Assembly (NCBI RefSeq): GCF_036321535.1
Contig: NC_087437.1
Span: forward strand, 22,694,001 to 22,758,000
Reading direction: 5' to 3'
Origin: Camelus dromedarius
Taxonomy: Eukaryota
DNA length: 64,000 bases
Under the pieces are notes generated by a model. The model worked only from the letters and a program-made list of their open reading frames with translations, was not told where the DNA came from and searched no databases. The first letter of the stretch is position 1. Each line of letters starts with the position of its first letter. Of the stretch, positions 26,870 to 38,679 are shown in pieces. The position numbers and the translations under genes were made by a program.

Positions 26870-27085
26870 CATTTTTGGAATTTGACTCTGGAGCCAAACT
26901 ATTTAGTTACTAATACCAGCCATATTACTTACACTTATTCTCTCTCAACCTCAGTTGTCTCAACTGTTAAATGAGGGTAATAGCAATATGTGCTTAACAG
27001 GATTATTTGGAGTGAATGAAATAATCCATGTAAAGTACTTTTAAAAGGGTATGGTACATATCAAGCACTCCATAAATGTTTGTTG
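26870..27085 (+). mobile_element. MIR SINE
   Basis: gactctggagccaaac...ctcagttgtctcaactgttaaatgagggtaatagc...aatccatgtaaagtactt. Confidence 0.7.
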
Positions 27086-27399
27086 TGTTGTTTTTATCAG
27101 CATTAACTTACCAGAAATACATAACTGGTCATTTTCTAAGGTTTAAGGGTACGTTTGAGTGACACACAATGGAAGTCACCAAAATATGAAAGTGTCAGTT
27201 TGGTCTGAATTGAAGTTTGTGCCTTTCCTTCAGAATTTCTGAAATTGTGTCTGGAGATCAGCATAAAAATAAAGTGTTGTTTCTCATCGTACAGTATCAA
27301 AAACAACTGACCCTACCAATACTCTTCCTTTATTTCTGCCCACAGGATGGATGTGTCAAGTCACCCATCATTCCCTAGAGGTTGAATCCAGTGGATACC

Positions 27400-27890
27400 T
27401 ACTCCTATCCCCCTTGACCCCCCCGTGTGTTAGACACTGTCCATCCTCCATCCACGTCTTCCTTTGACTTTCAGACACACACCCTGCTGGTTTGCTTCCT
27501 GTTTCTTTGGCCCAGTACTGGATAGTGCTTGGTGGGTACCTCTTCCCTTTCTTCAAACAGTGCTACTGCCCAGGTACCTTGCTTTTCTCACTCCACACAC
27601 TTGCCCTGGATGACCCCATTCTCTCAGGATTTTAACAAGTTAATGATTCCACATCCACTTTTACTGCCACTGCCTGAGACTAGGCCCTCCTCTCTTCCAA
27701 CCCAGTCGGGAAATTGTCTCATACACAGTCCCCTTGCTGTCTTTTTCCCAGTTCAAAATTTCTCGTTTACATGGCCACCAGAATGACCTTCCTAAAGTGT
27801 AAATCTGACCTTGTTACCCTCAAGCTAAAGCTCTTCAGTGGTTTCCCTTACCTTGCTGGATAAGATCCTAAAATCTTAACTATCTATCCC
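27400..27890 (+). mobile_element. LINE-2 fragment
   Basis: ccaccagaatgaccttcctaaagtgtaaatctgaccttgttaccctc...aaagctcttcagtggtttccc. Confidence 0.65.
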
Positions 27891-29870
27891 TTCTGCACTT
27901 TAATCTAATGACCCTAATGACCCACATTAAGAAGACATCCTACAAGTTTTTGTTCTTCAAACAAAGAACATGGTTCTAAAAGATTTTATTCAAATCACTC
28001 TCCATTACAAATTATTGATTGTAGCTTAAAACTCAATTAGAAGAGTTTCTCAACTCCAGTAAATACATATCACTGGATCTCCTGAACTGAAATTTTTAAG
28101 AACAAGTCAATTATATATGATGCACATGTGTGAACACATACACTCACACCACACAATGTTGTGCTTTAAAAAATAGTTGTATAGATTTTTATGATAGTAA
28201 AAGCATATTATATAAATGCATACACTTAACTATACTTAAAATCAGCTATGCAAAGGAAACAGGGTAATAATGAAACTGATTATTCTATAATTTGACAACA
28301 TTGTCCACAAGTTTAGAATTTGGATCCATTATAAATTTCAGATTTCCATATTGTAGAACTGCTAAAGATCAATCTTTGCTACAAACTGATAAATATTTGT
28401 TGAGAGTCCACATATCTCAGAGTCTTTTGTCAATGTATAGGAACAATGATTAGGGAATATAAGAATTCAAGAGAAATTGCTAAGTGAAGAGGGGGGTTGA
28501 TAAGCCCTGCTGGGTCAAGAGCAGAAGTTCTGAATTTTTTCCTGACCGATGCCCTACTTCTCATAGATGGTGAGACTGAAAGAATTAATTTACCTTTTAA
28601 GATGTTACATTCCTCATCTTCATAAGTAGGAGTTTTAATTACACAAATCTCTGAGGCCCTTGCCAGCTTTGAAATTTGGATACTGAGCTATGGCATACCC
28701 ACAGAACAGAAAAGCCTTCCCTGAATGTGCTTTGAGAAGGATCAAATCCACTGTGTCTCTCAACCACAAACAGTTGGCAGACCTTAGCTGTCCAGACTTG
28801 ATGGGGCTCCCCAGTCTGTGTCTCGGCAAGCCTCCACTTACAGGTGCTGAAATTTTCAGCTTCCTCACTGTCTTCATCATACCGGACATTTCCATATAAC
28901 GTAGACCGAGTTGTTCTAGGCTTGAATCAATAAAAAATTTACAAGAGAATTCAATATAACCCTGTCCGGCTTTCAGGTCCAAGTAATGATAACTTCTTAG
29001 CCTTCCAGTGACACGCACTAAACACTTCATAAGGAAAGGACTGGATGAGTGACTAATGTGTATTTTTAGCCTCAGTTTCTTGTGTTAGGGATGTAACAAC
29101 TTATGCAATAAAATTCCAGGGTAGAACTGGCTGTGTCAGACAATTTAAGACATCCACACCACCACAGACATAGAAGCTGGCCATGTTTTTTGCAGTGGAG
29201 ATTTAATGTATTGGATAGGATTATAAGTGAATTGGATTGGCTTCACCATTTTGTACCACATTTTACTTTATGATGAGCTGCAAGCTAGAGTCTGTATAGT
29301 TAGACTTGGGGCTTAGCAGTATAGCCAATAAAATGTAATGAGAAAAAACAAGTCTGCATTCTACAGTGTATCAACCGAAAAGCCATCCCAGCACTGAACA
29401 CCTCTGCTGATCTTTGGAGATGCCTGTCTCAGACTGCTCTCTTGCCAACTTTCCCTTAGAAGTAAAACCCTTGACATATAGTTACTAATGTATTCCTGTC
29501 AAATAGAGGTAAGGTTCCGCAAAGAGATGGAAAAAGAATACAATATGCTTATCTGCGTTATTTAAGCCAAAAAGGGAAAAAAGGCATTTTGCTTCTCATA
29601 CCTTAAGCCAAATTATCCACATTTCCTAAGTCAGAAGTCCAAAACTCACAGAGAAAATCCAACAATCTAATTCTAGTTTGCTTTGATTTGCAACAAAAGG
29701 CATGAAGACACGCAAGCCTTGGAACTGAGTCAGAAAAATGTGTAAAGACGTGATACACTGAAAAAACTAGATAATTCATACAGTCAGTAAGGGTCCAGGA
29801 AATGTGAGATCCCTCCCACAGACGACTGGCCCCACAGCCTTCTGGAACTTGAGTTCTGAATGTCACTTAC

Positions 29871-29947
29871 CCTATGACGATACAGGAGATGGCAGTTCCC
29901 AAGAAGGCATATGTTAAAATAGATCCAAGGTTTTGAAAAAAGTGTCT
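29871..29947 (-). CDS. SLC9A9: SLC9A9 (NHE9) coding exon 4, 77 nt: [26 protein letters not shown]
   Basis: Acceptor ttttttatccccag|AGA and donor ATAGG|gtaagt. The translation matches the NHE9 segment as recalled, and the phase 0 start fits exon 3. Confidence 0.96.
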
Positions 29948-31015
29948 CTGGGGATAAAAAATATATATATTTCATATAGCACATCAGGGTTTTTTTCTTA
30001 GTGTAACAGGAAGTAAAAATAAATATATGAGTTTTCACAGTCTCTCCCTTCCTTCACTATTTCGGCAAGTTTTGTTTTTGGAGCCTCAGTTCCTGGCCTT
30101 ACTGTATAAACAAGACTTAAGATTTACACTGCAAAAGATGGAGGGTTCCAAAGAAAAGGGAAAAAATACTTCTGGTAGGTGACAGGGTAGAGAAGAGAGA
30201 AACGACTGCCAGAGCTGGCTGGACCCGGGAGGGAGGGACAGGACTGGGGCAATGGCCACGCAGGACTCTGGAATGATTAAAGGAAGACAGAGTTTTTAAG
30301 AAGTTCTGTTGTCACTGGGACCCCTTTAGCACTTAAAAAATACCATTCTAAAAGATTTAAGTTGCCTTTTGGCTTTTATTGGATCTCTGATTTATATTTC
30401 TTCTGAATGTGATGAAACAAAAACTTAATCACCTACAACAGTTTATTTTAATGAATCACACAAAAATGCTGCTTAGTCTCGGGGCTGTGGAGGAGAAAGC
30501 ACTATGGGAATGAATCCAGCCTTCTAAATATTTTCCAGTGCTTGCTTGGGAAAACTCCCTTCCGGTTCTGCAAGTGGTGTCTGAGTAGCCAGAATTGACA
30601 GCAAGAGGGAGCCTGGAGAACACCAGAAAATCAGGTCTGTACTGAACAAGCCACCCTGGCTGCTGGAGCCCAGAGGCCAAAGGGAGGAGAGCCGCAGGAG
30701 TCTCCGGAGCGGGGAGTGGGCAGTAGAAAAGCAGCTCGCTACCTCTGCTTCCCAAAACTCATTCAGGTCAGAGCCTCACTTTGTGGCACAGGGGGTGCTA
30801 GCATTTAAACTATGATGTGAATTCCTAATCTGGGAAATGTGCACATTCAGGCTGCACCTAAGCAATGTCATGAAAGTGCATAGGAACTGCAAAACTGGAC
30901 TTTCTCTCTGTGAGCATCAACAGCTGAGTATTAGCAAAGCAATCTTAAGTTGTCACCTTGATGGTTAAACCTGATGTTAATTAATAGCAAACTCTTTGGT
31001 TACAATCATCTAGAA

Positions 31016-31331
31016 TAATATTGCCCAATAGAAATACAATGCAAACCACATATGTCATTAAACTTTTTCTAGTAGCTGCAATAAAATAAGTTTAAAAAAA
31101 GCAAAATGAATTTTTGATAATATGTTTCATTTAACCCAATATATGCAAAATAATATCATTTCTACATGAAATTACTATAAAGCATTATTGACATATTTTA
31201 CCTTCTTTTTCTAACACTGAGTAAAATTCAGCGCATATTTTACGCTTAAAGCACATCTTCATTCAGACTAGCCACATTTCAAGGGCTTAATAGCTACACA
31301 TGGCTAATGGCCAGTGTATTGGACAGAACAG
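31016..31331. mobile_element. MER33 hAT-Charlie MITE in intron 3
   Basis: tgcccaatagaaatacaatgcaaaccacatatgt...ctagccacatttcaagggcttaatagctacacatggctaatggccagtgtattggacag. Confidence 0.85.
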
Positions 31332-31501
31332 GTTTAGAAGAAGTCTAAGAATGTCAGATTTGAATCTATATTACATGATCTAAGATAATGATATTCTTAC
31401 CAAATAGGTAAACCAATAAAATAAAATAATTGTTTTTTCATTAGTGCTGGCAAAATTCTCTACTTAATGATAAAAGAAGAAAATAATCACTGTATATTTA
31501 C

Positions 31502-31579
31502 CTTCTTTAGGCTATATCCTGCATGAAATATAATTGGTGGCAGTAAAACATTGAAGAAGATTTCTGGGTCAAATGTCAT
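31502..31579 (-). CDS. SLC9A9: SLC9A9 coding exon 3, 78 nt: [26 protein letters not shown]
   Basis: Acceptor ttttgtcttttctggcag|ATG and donor AAG|gtaaat. Contains the conserved CPA1/NHE FFxxLLPPII motif. Confidence 0.97.
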
Positions 31580-32325
31580 CTGCCAGAAAAGACAAAAGTG
31601 GAGTTAGGAAGATGCTTCTTGGTGCTACTAAAAATAGGTTTAAAAATAAAACAAAACAGTTTTGGTCACCTTTGCTAAGGTTGTATGAGACATATTAAAA
31701 TGCTATTAAATCAGCAGAGATGAAAATAAGAGAAAATGCAAACTTAGAAATTCATAATTGAATACAACTGTAAAGTAATATTTTAAATGTAAAACTTATA
31801 CTCAATTCTGTAGCTAATAAGAATAATAACAACAAAAAACTTCAATGAAACCTCTCTAGGCAAAGAAAACTTTTTCCTTTTACTTTGATTAATTATTCAT
31901 TCCTCATATGTTAAATGCTTTTATTCTATTTTGGTTTTTTTTTTTTCCTGGTTGAAGGGTCTGGTAGCGTTCAAACATTTTAGCTTCTGACAAGGATTTA
32001 TTTAAAGTTTTCCCCAATAAAACAGTTTTAGAAATTTAGTCTTAGTTTTCCCTATTTTATCCCTTCCAATGTTCAAAATATTTTCCAGATTCTAGAAAAA
32101 AACACATTTAAAAGTGAAAATAGATTTTTCTAGTATTTGTTTATTGGCTTTTACTTAAATGTTAAAATAAACTTAGCCCAAAAAATAAATATTTCTTGGT
32201 ATGAAGTAGGATGAAATGAGATGTAGAAATTCTTGAATCCAATATCTGCTATTTACTGGGCAGTCTGAAAATGAAAACTCATTTAATCTTTAAAACCTTC
32301 CTTAGACTCAGTCTCTTCTTCCTTA

Positions 32326-32407
32326 CTTTCTCTCTCTCTGTGCCTTTCTCTCTCTCTCTCCCCGCCACCACACACCCACACACACCCACACCCACACACA
32401 CACACAC
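32326..32407 (+). repeat. Imperfect (CT)n followed by (CA/CCCA)n simple repeat
   Basis: tctctctctctg...tctctctctctc...cacacacccacacacacccacacccacacacacacacac. Confidence 0.85.
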
Positions 32408-33099
32408 GCTGCCCTTCATTATTTCACCACTAAGGCCTCCTTATCATTACAGTGCTCATCAAAATCTTTCAGATGTATGAGTTTCACAACTATAATTTCT
32501 AACTTCCTCCCCCTTTTATGCCTGAATTCTTACTCCTCTCTGAAGCTGGATCTCAAAAGCTACTCCTTTCTGAAACATGCTTTCATTTCCCCAGTCAAAA
32601 CTGACCAATGTTTCTTCTATGCTCTTTCGGCACTTTGTACCTTCCCTTATAGCATGTGTTTTTATATGATTGTTGGTTTCAGCTTGACAGTTTTCCCCAT
32701 TAAATTGGGAACCTATCAAGGATCACAATGATGCCTTCCTTCATCAGTTCTGTGTTACTTTCATCCCTCCCAGTGCTAGCCCATTGCTCGATACACATTT
32801 TCTAAATTGGAAAAAAAATACCTTTGAGAATCAAATCTATTAAAATAGAATGAATTATATATGGCCCTAACAACCTTACACATCACACACAGGAATTATT
32901 TAAGTAAGATTAAAAGATTTTCTTAACTGTATTTTCTTCTTTGGGCCTAGCTGACATTGCTGGAGTCCTTCTGCTCCTTTCCCCCTCCCAGCCCTTCAGC
33001 TCTACTCAGCCACTATTTGGGAAGGGATGAGTGGGTGAAGTAGGAGCTGCCTGGGTCCCCTCTTCATAAACCTCACTGATGCTACAACTTTTCGTACTA

Positions 33100-33290
33100 G
33101 TGAGCATTCAAGTAGATCAGCTTGGCGCATCCATAGGTTTCTGTGCCTTACTTCCTCTATCTTTAAAATGAACATAATAATTTGATACATAATTCTATGG
33201 TAGTTATAAAAATTAACTGAATTAATGTTTGCAAAGCCCTCATAGCATTGCCTAACAGCTAGTGAGCATTTGTAACTATTTATTACTAAA
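33100..33290 (+). mobile_element. MIR fragment
   Basis: ttctgtgccttacttcctctatctttaaaatg...gttataaaaattaactgaattaatgtttgcaaagccct. Confidence 0.6.
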
Positions 33291-34129
33291 GAAAATTAAA
33301 TATCTGAATAAATATTTTCAAGTTATGATATTTGAAGAAATTGCCCTGTTGTCAGGAACTCTTGAAGGTTAAAACTGTAATATTTGGGCAAAAATATTAC
33401 TTTTCCTTTTAAGTTTACTATTTTTTCTAAAATTATCTGAAATACCATATTGATCTATTTTTATGAGGCCTCTTTGAGAGAATATCAATTTCATCTTTGA
33501 AAGTTTTTAGCAAAGAGATGTATTTCTGAGTTCTAGAGGAGTGAAGCAATGCAGCTGTGGTCATCTGGGAGAGAGAATTACAGTGGCACAACATCTTGGA
33601 CAGAAAATTCCTTGCCTCAGCAGTTTTTCTGCAAAAATCAGGTTAATCACTCAACCAGAACATTTCAATAATCAGAATGCCCCATTCCCTTCATGCAGGT
33701 TAACTAATGTGCTATTGAATTATATTTTCTGGAACAACCAGACCAAACTGGCAGGCTGAGAATGGCATCCAGCATACGAGGATTTATTTGTATATACAAA
33801 ACAGATTTGTGTTCCTTTCAGACTTGCTATAAGCTTAGAAACTGCTAAATCAGAGTTCTGGGAGTAACTCCAATCCTAGACAATTTCTCAGAGATGTCTG
33901 GATCTGCTGCTGCACCAACCTCCAGATGGTGATTCCACACGTCATTTTGCTCGGACTTTGTGTTCAAATCGTGGCCTTGGAGGTGAGACTGTTTTTAAAA
34001 CCCAAACAACTAAAAATTTTCATTACAGCATGAGGAGGAAAAATCTAAGATAGATGTGATTTGGAAGAACAGAAAGTTAAAGAATATTTCAGCTAAAGAC
34101 ATTAGTCTTAAGACACAAATATTACAGAC

Positions 34130-34302
34130 CAGCACTGTCCAATAGAACTTTCTGTGATGGTGAAAATGTGCCATTACTGTACTGCCTAATACAGTAGCCA
34201 CAAGCCACATGAGATACTGAGCAACTGAAGTGTAGGCCAATGGAACTGAGGGACTGACTTTTTTATTTTCCCATCTAGAACTAGTAACTGTGGACAGAAC
34301 GT
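34130..34302. mobile_element. MER3 hAT-Charlie MITE with 8-bp TSD
   Basis: cagcactgtccaatagaactttctgtgatggtgaaaatg...tggacagaacgt; TSD ttacagac (34122-34129) / ttatagac (34303-34310). Confidence 0.85.
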
Positions 34303-35809
34303 TTATAGACAGTTACTAGAATTTAAAAATGCAGAACATTCAGTTTTTAGATGGTCTATCATCCTATACAAAGAATGGCTAATTTGGAGAAACAGACCTG
34401 AAACCCTGAGGTAAAAGAATTATGGATGCTTTAAGTGAGATTTTTAAATATTGGGATTCAGTTTTTTTTAAATACCAGATAACATAAGGGACAGAAAAAT
34501 ATCAATATATTCAACTAGTACAAGTATTACCTATTGTCTCATATATACACCAGTATTTGGCTGGGAATGGGCCGGACATATGTTCATAGAGATAATCAAC
34601 TTGAAAACTTCCAAGAGTAGAAAGGAAAGGTACCAAGTTTAGTTCTTAAGTTAATCAGAAGGTTACAGATACAAAACTCTGTTTGGACCTGAGTATTAAG
34701 GCACTCAGCAACTCAATATGAATTATCTAGGAAGAAATACCAGTGTTCTATGCAACTACTAAATAACCAAGTACTAAAATAACCACTCTAACGGGGACTG
34801 TGATTTATGGGGCATATTACTTCCAAAGAGGCCTTTTAGAAACATCGTTTCATCAATTCTGACAACATTCCTGAGTGGTAGCTGGTAAATGCAGTTATTC
34901 CCGCTTTCCAGAGACAAAGAAGAAATGAATGGCATGCCCAGTGTCAATCAATGTGACAGGGACATCACTGGGAATGGGGTGTACATGCATGGGCAAACTA
35001 AACGTGTATTTTCCAGGGGAGTGCCAGGCTAACACAACTACTTAAAGCGAGATTTAACAGTGTTAAAGAGAAGTTGGGACTTAGAAGAAGACTTTCATTG
35101 TTTTGGCAATTCCCAGTTCTTTTGGAAAAGTAAAAATGGTTAACACAATAATGTATTCACTCATATTCAATGCTTTGTTCATTAGAAATCTAACAAGCTT
35201 CTTCTCAGCTGCAAACTTCTTGAGGATATATGATAGATGGACTGAATCCATGAAGGTTATAGTCAAAGATAGGAAAGGTGCCGTGCAGTGTCAGTACAAG
35301 GCAGGGGGTTAAGCTGTAATTCCGAGTTCTCTAGGACAGAGACACCTGTCTGGGCTTGCTGACCCTGTAGGGAGGCTTCACGTTGAAGCAGCACATAAGC
35401 TGGGTTTTGAAAGACGGGTAGGAGCTTCTCCATGGGGCATCAACATTCAGAACCATGCTCCTTTGTCTGCCCTGGGAGCAGTGAGCCAGGGTTCACTAAG
35501 CCACAGAGGAAACTGGCAGCTTCCTGGAGTTTCAGTTATATTTGATACTAAGCAATTTGAAATATTTTAAATATTTTTAAAATGCAGGCATATCTAAAAG
35601 TGAAATTCAAAATTTGTATGCATTTTTATTATAAATTGGGGACTTCAAAGAAAACTTGTCTCTCTCAGGGCAGGCAGCTGTGGGAACGTACCTAGAGACA
35701 ACTCAAAGGTGTGCATTTCCTTTCCTCTGCCCTAAGTTATGCTTTGCTGTGAGCAGCACTAGAGTGGGAGAAAAAAGAATAAATTCAGAATGTCTGAGGA
35801 AAATACATC

Positions 35810-35950
35810 AGCTACTAATCAGATGAGCTTAGTCTATTTACTTAATCTCTCTGAGCCTTAGTTTCCTCATTTGCAATATGGGCATGCAAATACCTACTTC
35901 CTAGAATTGCTTTTGAGGATTAGATGTGATAACAGATGTAAAGAATTCTA
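35810..35950 (+). mobile_element. MIR core
   Basis: ttacttaatctctctgagccttagtttcctcatttgcaatatggg...tgaggattagatgtgataa. Confidence 0.75.
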
Positions 35951-36526
35951 CTTGGTACCCAACCCTGATTGTTTCTCAAGAGATGTTCACTGTACCTGAA
36001 TCTAAGTGAAAGAAACTGTTGAAGTAATGGACTGAGGATTGGAGGCCCAGGGTACACTTGGAGCCCTTGGAGAACAGAAATAGGCAATGTAAACCTCCTA
36101 AGTGATAGGAGAGGCAGTTAAGGCCTGGCACGTGGGTACTACCCAGACTATGAACCTCTCTCTGACCCGGTGTAAATAAATTGGAACTGTATTTGTTCAA
36201 ACATGGATAAAATTAGAGAAGTTTTACACAGAAGGATTAAACAATAAAATGGCTTTGGGGAATATAAATTTGTATAATCTCTTAGTAGGGTATTTTAGCA
36301 ATAGATAACAAAATGTCAAATATCCATACCATTTGATTCAGCAATACTTCATCTCAGAATCTGTCCTGCAGATATGCTTGCACGTGTGTGGAATGACAGG
36401 ACAAGAGCATTCATTGCAGATGAATGAATGGGAAAAAAAGAAAGCATTGAGGATAATTGAACCATGGATTAAATAAATCATGGTATAAATAAATCACAGA
36501 ATCATGGTTAAATAAATCACAGTATA

Positions 36527-36783
36527 CAGCTGACTCTTGACCAAGGTAGGGGTTAGGGGTGCTGGCCCTCCACGCAGTTGAAAATCTGTATACAACTCAC
36601 AGTTGGACCTCTGTACACAAGGTTCTTCCCTTTCTGCATTTCCTCCTTATCCACGGTTCTGCATCCACAGATTGGACCATGTAGTGCTGCAGATCGTAAA
36701 GTACCATAGTATTTGCTATTGAAAAACATCTGCATATAAGTGGACCTGTGCAGTTCAAACCTGTGTTGTTCAAGGGTCAACTG
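36527..36783. mobile_element. MER8/Tigger2-derived MITE (TcMar) inserted in an old L1 remnant
   Basis: TIRs cagctgactcttgaccaa / ttgttcaagggtcaactg, with TA target duplications at 36525-36526 and 36784-36785. Confidence 0.9.
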
Positions 36784-37029
36784 TAATCTATAAAACTGAA
36801 TACTATGAACTGTTAGAAAGGCTGAAGAAACTATCTACGAACTGATATGGTTGCTTTCTAAAGTCTGTTGGCAAGGTAAAAGCGCAAGATATAGAACAGC
36901 ATGTCTGGCATGTGTAACAAAAATTGCCATAGCCTCACCATATATATATATGGAATGGAAAGAAAGGAACACACCAGGAGGAATCCATTCATCCAGCAAT
37001 ATTTACTTAGAATAAGCCAGGCATATGGC

Positions 37030-37470
37030 AGGGAGGATTGGCAGGGCTTGCAGGTGAAATAGAGAGGCAAAAATACAAAACCCCAGAAGGAACCTATGTT
37101 TTTGTACCTGGGTGACTGACTGAGTAAAAATGATTGAAGAGGAGCTGACTTGGCAGAGGTAAGAGGGGTCAGAAAAGTTGAGGGCTAATTGAAGCCTCTG
37201 CTCACTGAGGCTGAGGTGTCTGTGAGACATTTGGAAATGCATACTTGGGGACGGTCAGCGCCAAGGAGAAATGATCCAGAATCGTCAGCATGGAGGATGA
37301 CTTATAGATGGGATCTCTGAAGGAATGAGTGCTGTAGGACAGAGAAGAGGGCCAAGAATAGACCCTGGGATGGGAAGAGGTGGTAGTACCACGGAGAGAG
37401 ACAGTGAAGGAACAATCAGAGAGAAGAGGAGAATGAAGTTCATGCACAAAGAAAGCCAGAAAGAAGTATG
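37030..37470 (-). mobile_element. LINE-2 fragment
   Basis: tgaggtgtctgtgagacatttggaaatg...gtcagcatggaggatga...agagaagagggccaagaatagaccctggg. Confidence 0.65.
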
Positions 37471-37499
37471 GTGTAAAAAGGAGGTGCTGCTCCCTGATG

Positions 37500-37641
37500 C
37501 AAGACTGTCAGATTTAGCAAATAAAAATACAGGACGCCCAGTTAAATGGGAACTTCAGATAAACAGCAATTTTTCAGAATGATTTCTTAGTATCATATTT
37601 GGAACATGCCTTCCCCAATAATTTATTTATCTGAAACTCAA
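37500..37641. mobile_element. MER53-type palindromic hAT MITE, right arm truncated
   Basis: cagatttagcaaataaaaatacaggacgcccagttaaat..gaacttcagataaaca, with a partial mirror arm tttatctgaaactcaa. Confidence 0.8.
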
Positions 37642-38679
37642 TAAATAAAGAGAGAGGCAAAAATAAAAAACCCAAAACGAACCTATGCTTTTGCACCTGG
37701 TTGACTGAGGGAATGATCAAGCAGAAGCTGACTCTCCATCCTGGGATCAGTGACTGAGAACAGAATTTTGAGGGCCCGGGAGAAATCTTTTAATTTCATA
37801 GTTGAGAAGTGGCTGTTGATCATTTTCAATTGATTCAATCAAGAAGTAGGTTCAGGGAGTTAAGGAAAGAGTGAGTGATGAGAATGTGGAAGCAGTGGGT
37901 TCTAGGCCCTTCATTTGGGAGGCTGAGTGTCAGACTCTCTCAGAAACCTGATACATGGCTCTAGGATGAGACAGAGGGATGAAGGAGGAACAAAGGGACA
38001 AAGGCTGAGGGAGGAGGATGCAGGAGAGCAGACCAGGACATAGAATGATGAAGGTATAAGTGGAGAGAGGTAAGGAAGTGATACGAGCAGCAAAAAGTTA
38101 GTGAATCAATTTTTTTTTTAATGGGGAGAAATCCTACTCTCAACATTCAAATCTGAGGAACAGCCAGATTAGGAGATAGTTATTCACAGTGAAAAGTATT
38201 TTTCCACCCCTCCAGATGGTCCCTGCAGAGCCCTTATACGTGGCAGGCTCTCGTCAGAGAAACAAGCTTTACCTCAAGTAGGCCATTGTTTAAGAAAAAC
38301 AGCACCGCAGACAGGTTGTCAGAAGGAGAAGCTGTCTTAGAGGTCACCCATCTGGGGGTCTACAAACTGATCTCTGCTGATCCCTGGGCTCTGTGGAGGA
38401 TGCGGTGGTGATGGGAAGTGGGAACAACTGCACTGGTGCCCACCCTGGCTCTGCCCTCCAGTTTCTGCCTGAGCAGTTTTGATTTCACCCGTTTCACATG
38501 TTGGGAAGGATTTTCAGATTTTTTTTGCATGAAAGGTTCCTCTGCTAAAAAGTATTCAAAGCCCTGACCTAATATCATCCCCTAGAGAGCTCAAGGGAGA
38601 TGTGGAAGGTCACTGGGTCACTCAGAGGCACTACTGAACTTAGAAATCCTAAATTAGAGTTGTTTCTCTTTTTATTATA

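Noticed and set aside
2322..29870. SLC9A9 exon 5 (LIMYGFVKAM...SATDP) or a nested gene
   Set aside because: Not found by reading. The short ORFs map to repeats or random intron sequence. A small non-coding exon cannot be excluded by eye.
30780..30800. CTCF-like tggcacagggggtgcta (also similar strings at ~9038, ~52855 and ~57623)
   Set aside because: Mismatches at key core positions.
37500..37641. MER53-derived miRNA hairpin (miR-1302-like)
   Set aside because: The central palindrome is decayed and the right arm truncated, so a stable precursor hairpin is unlikely.
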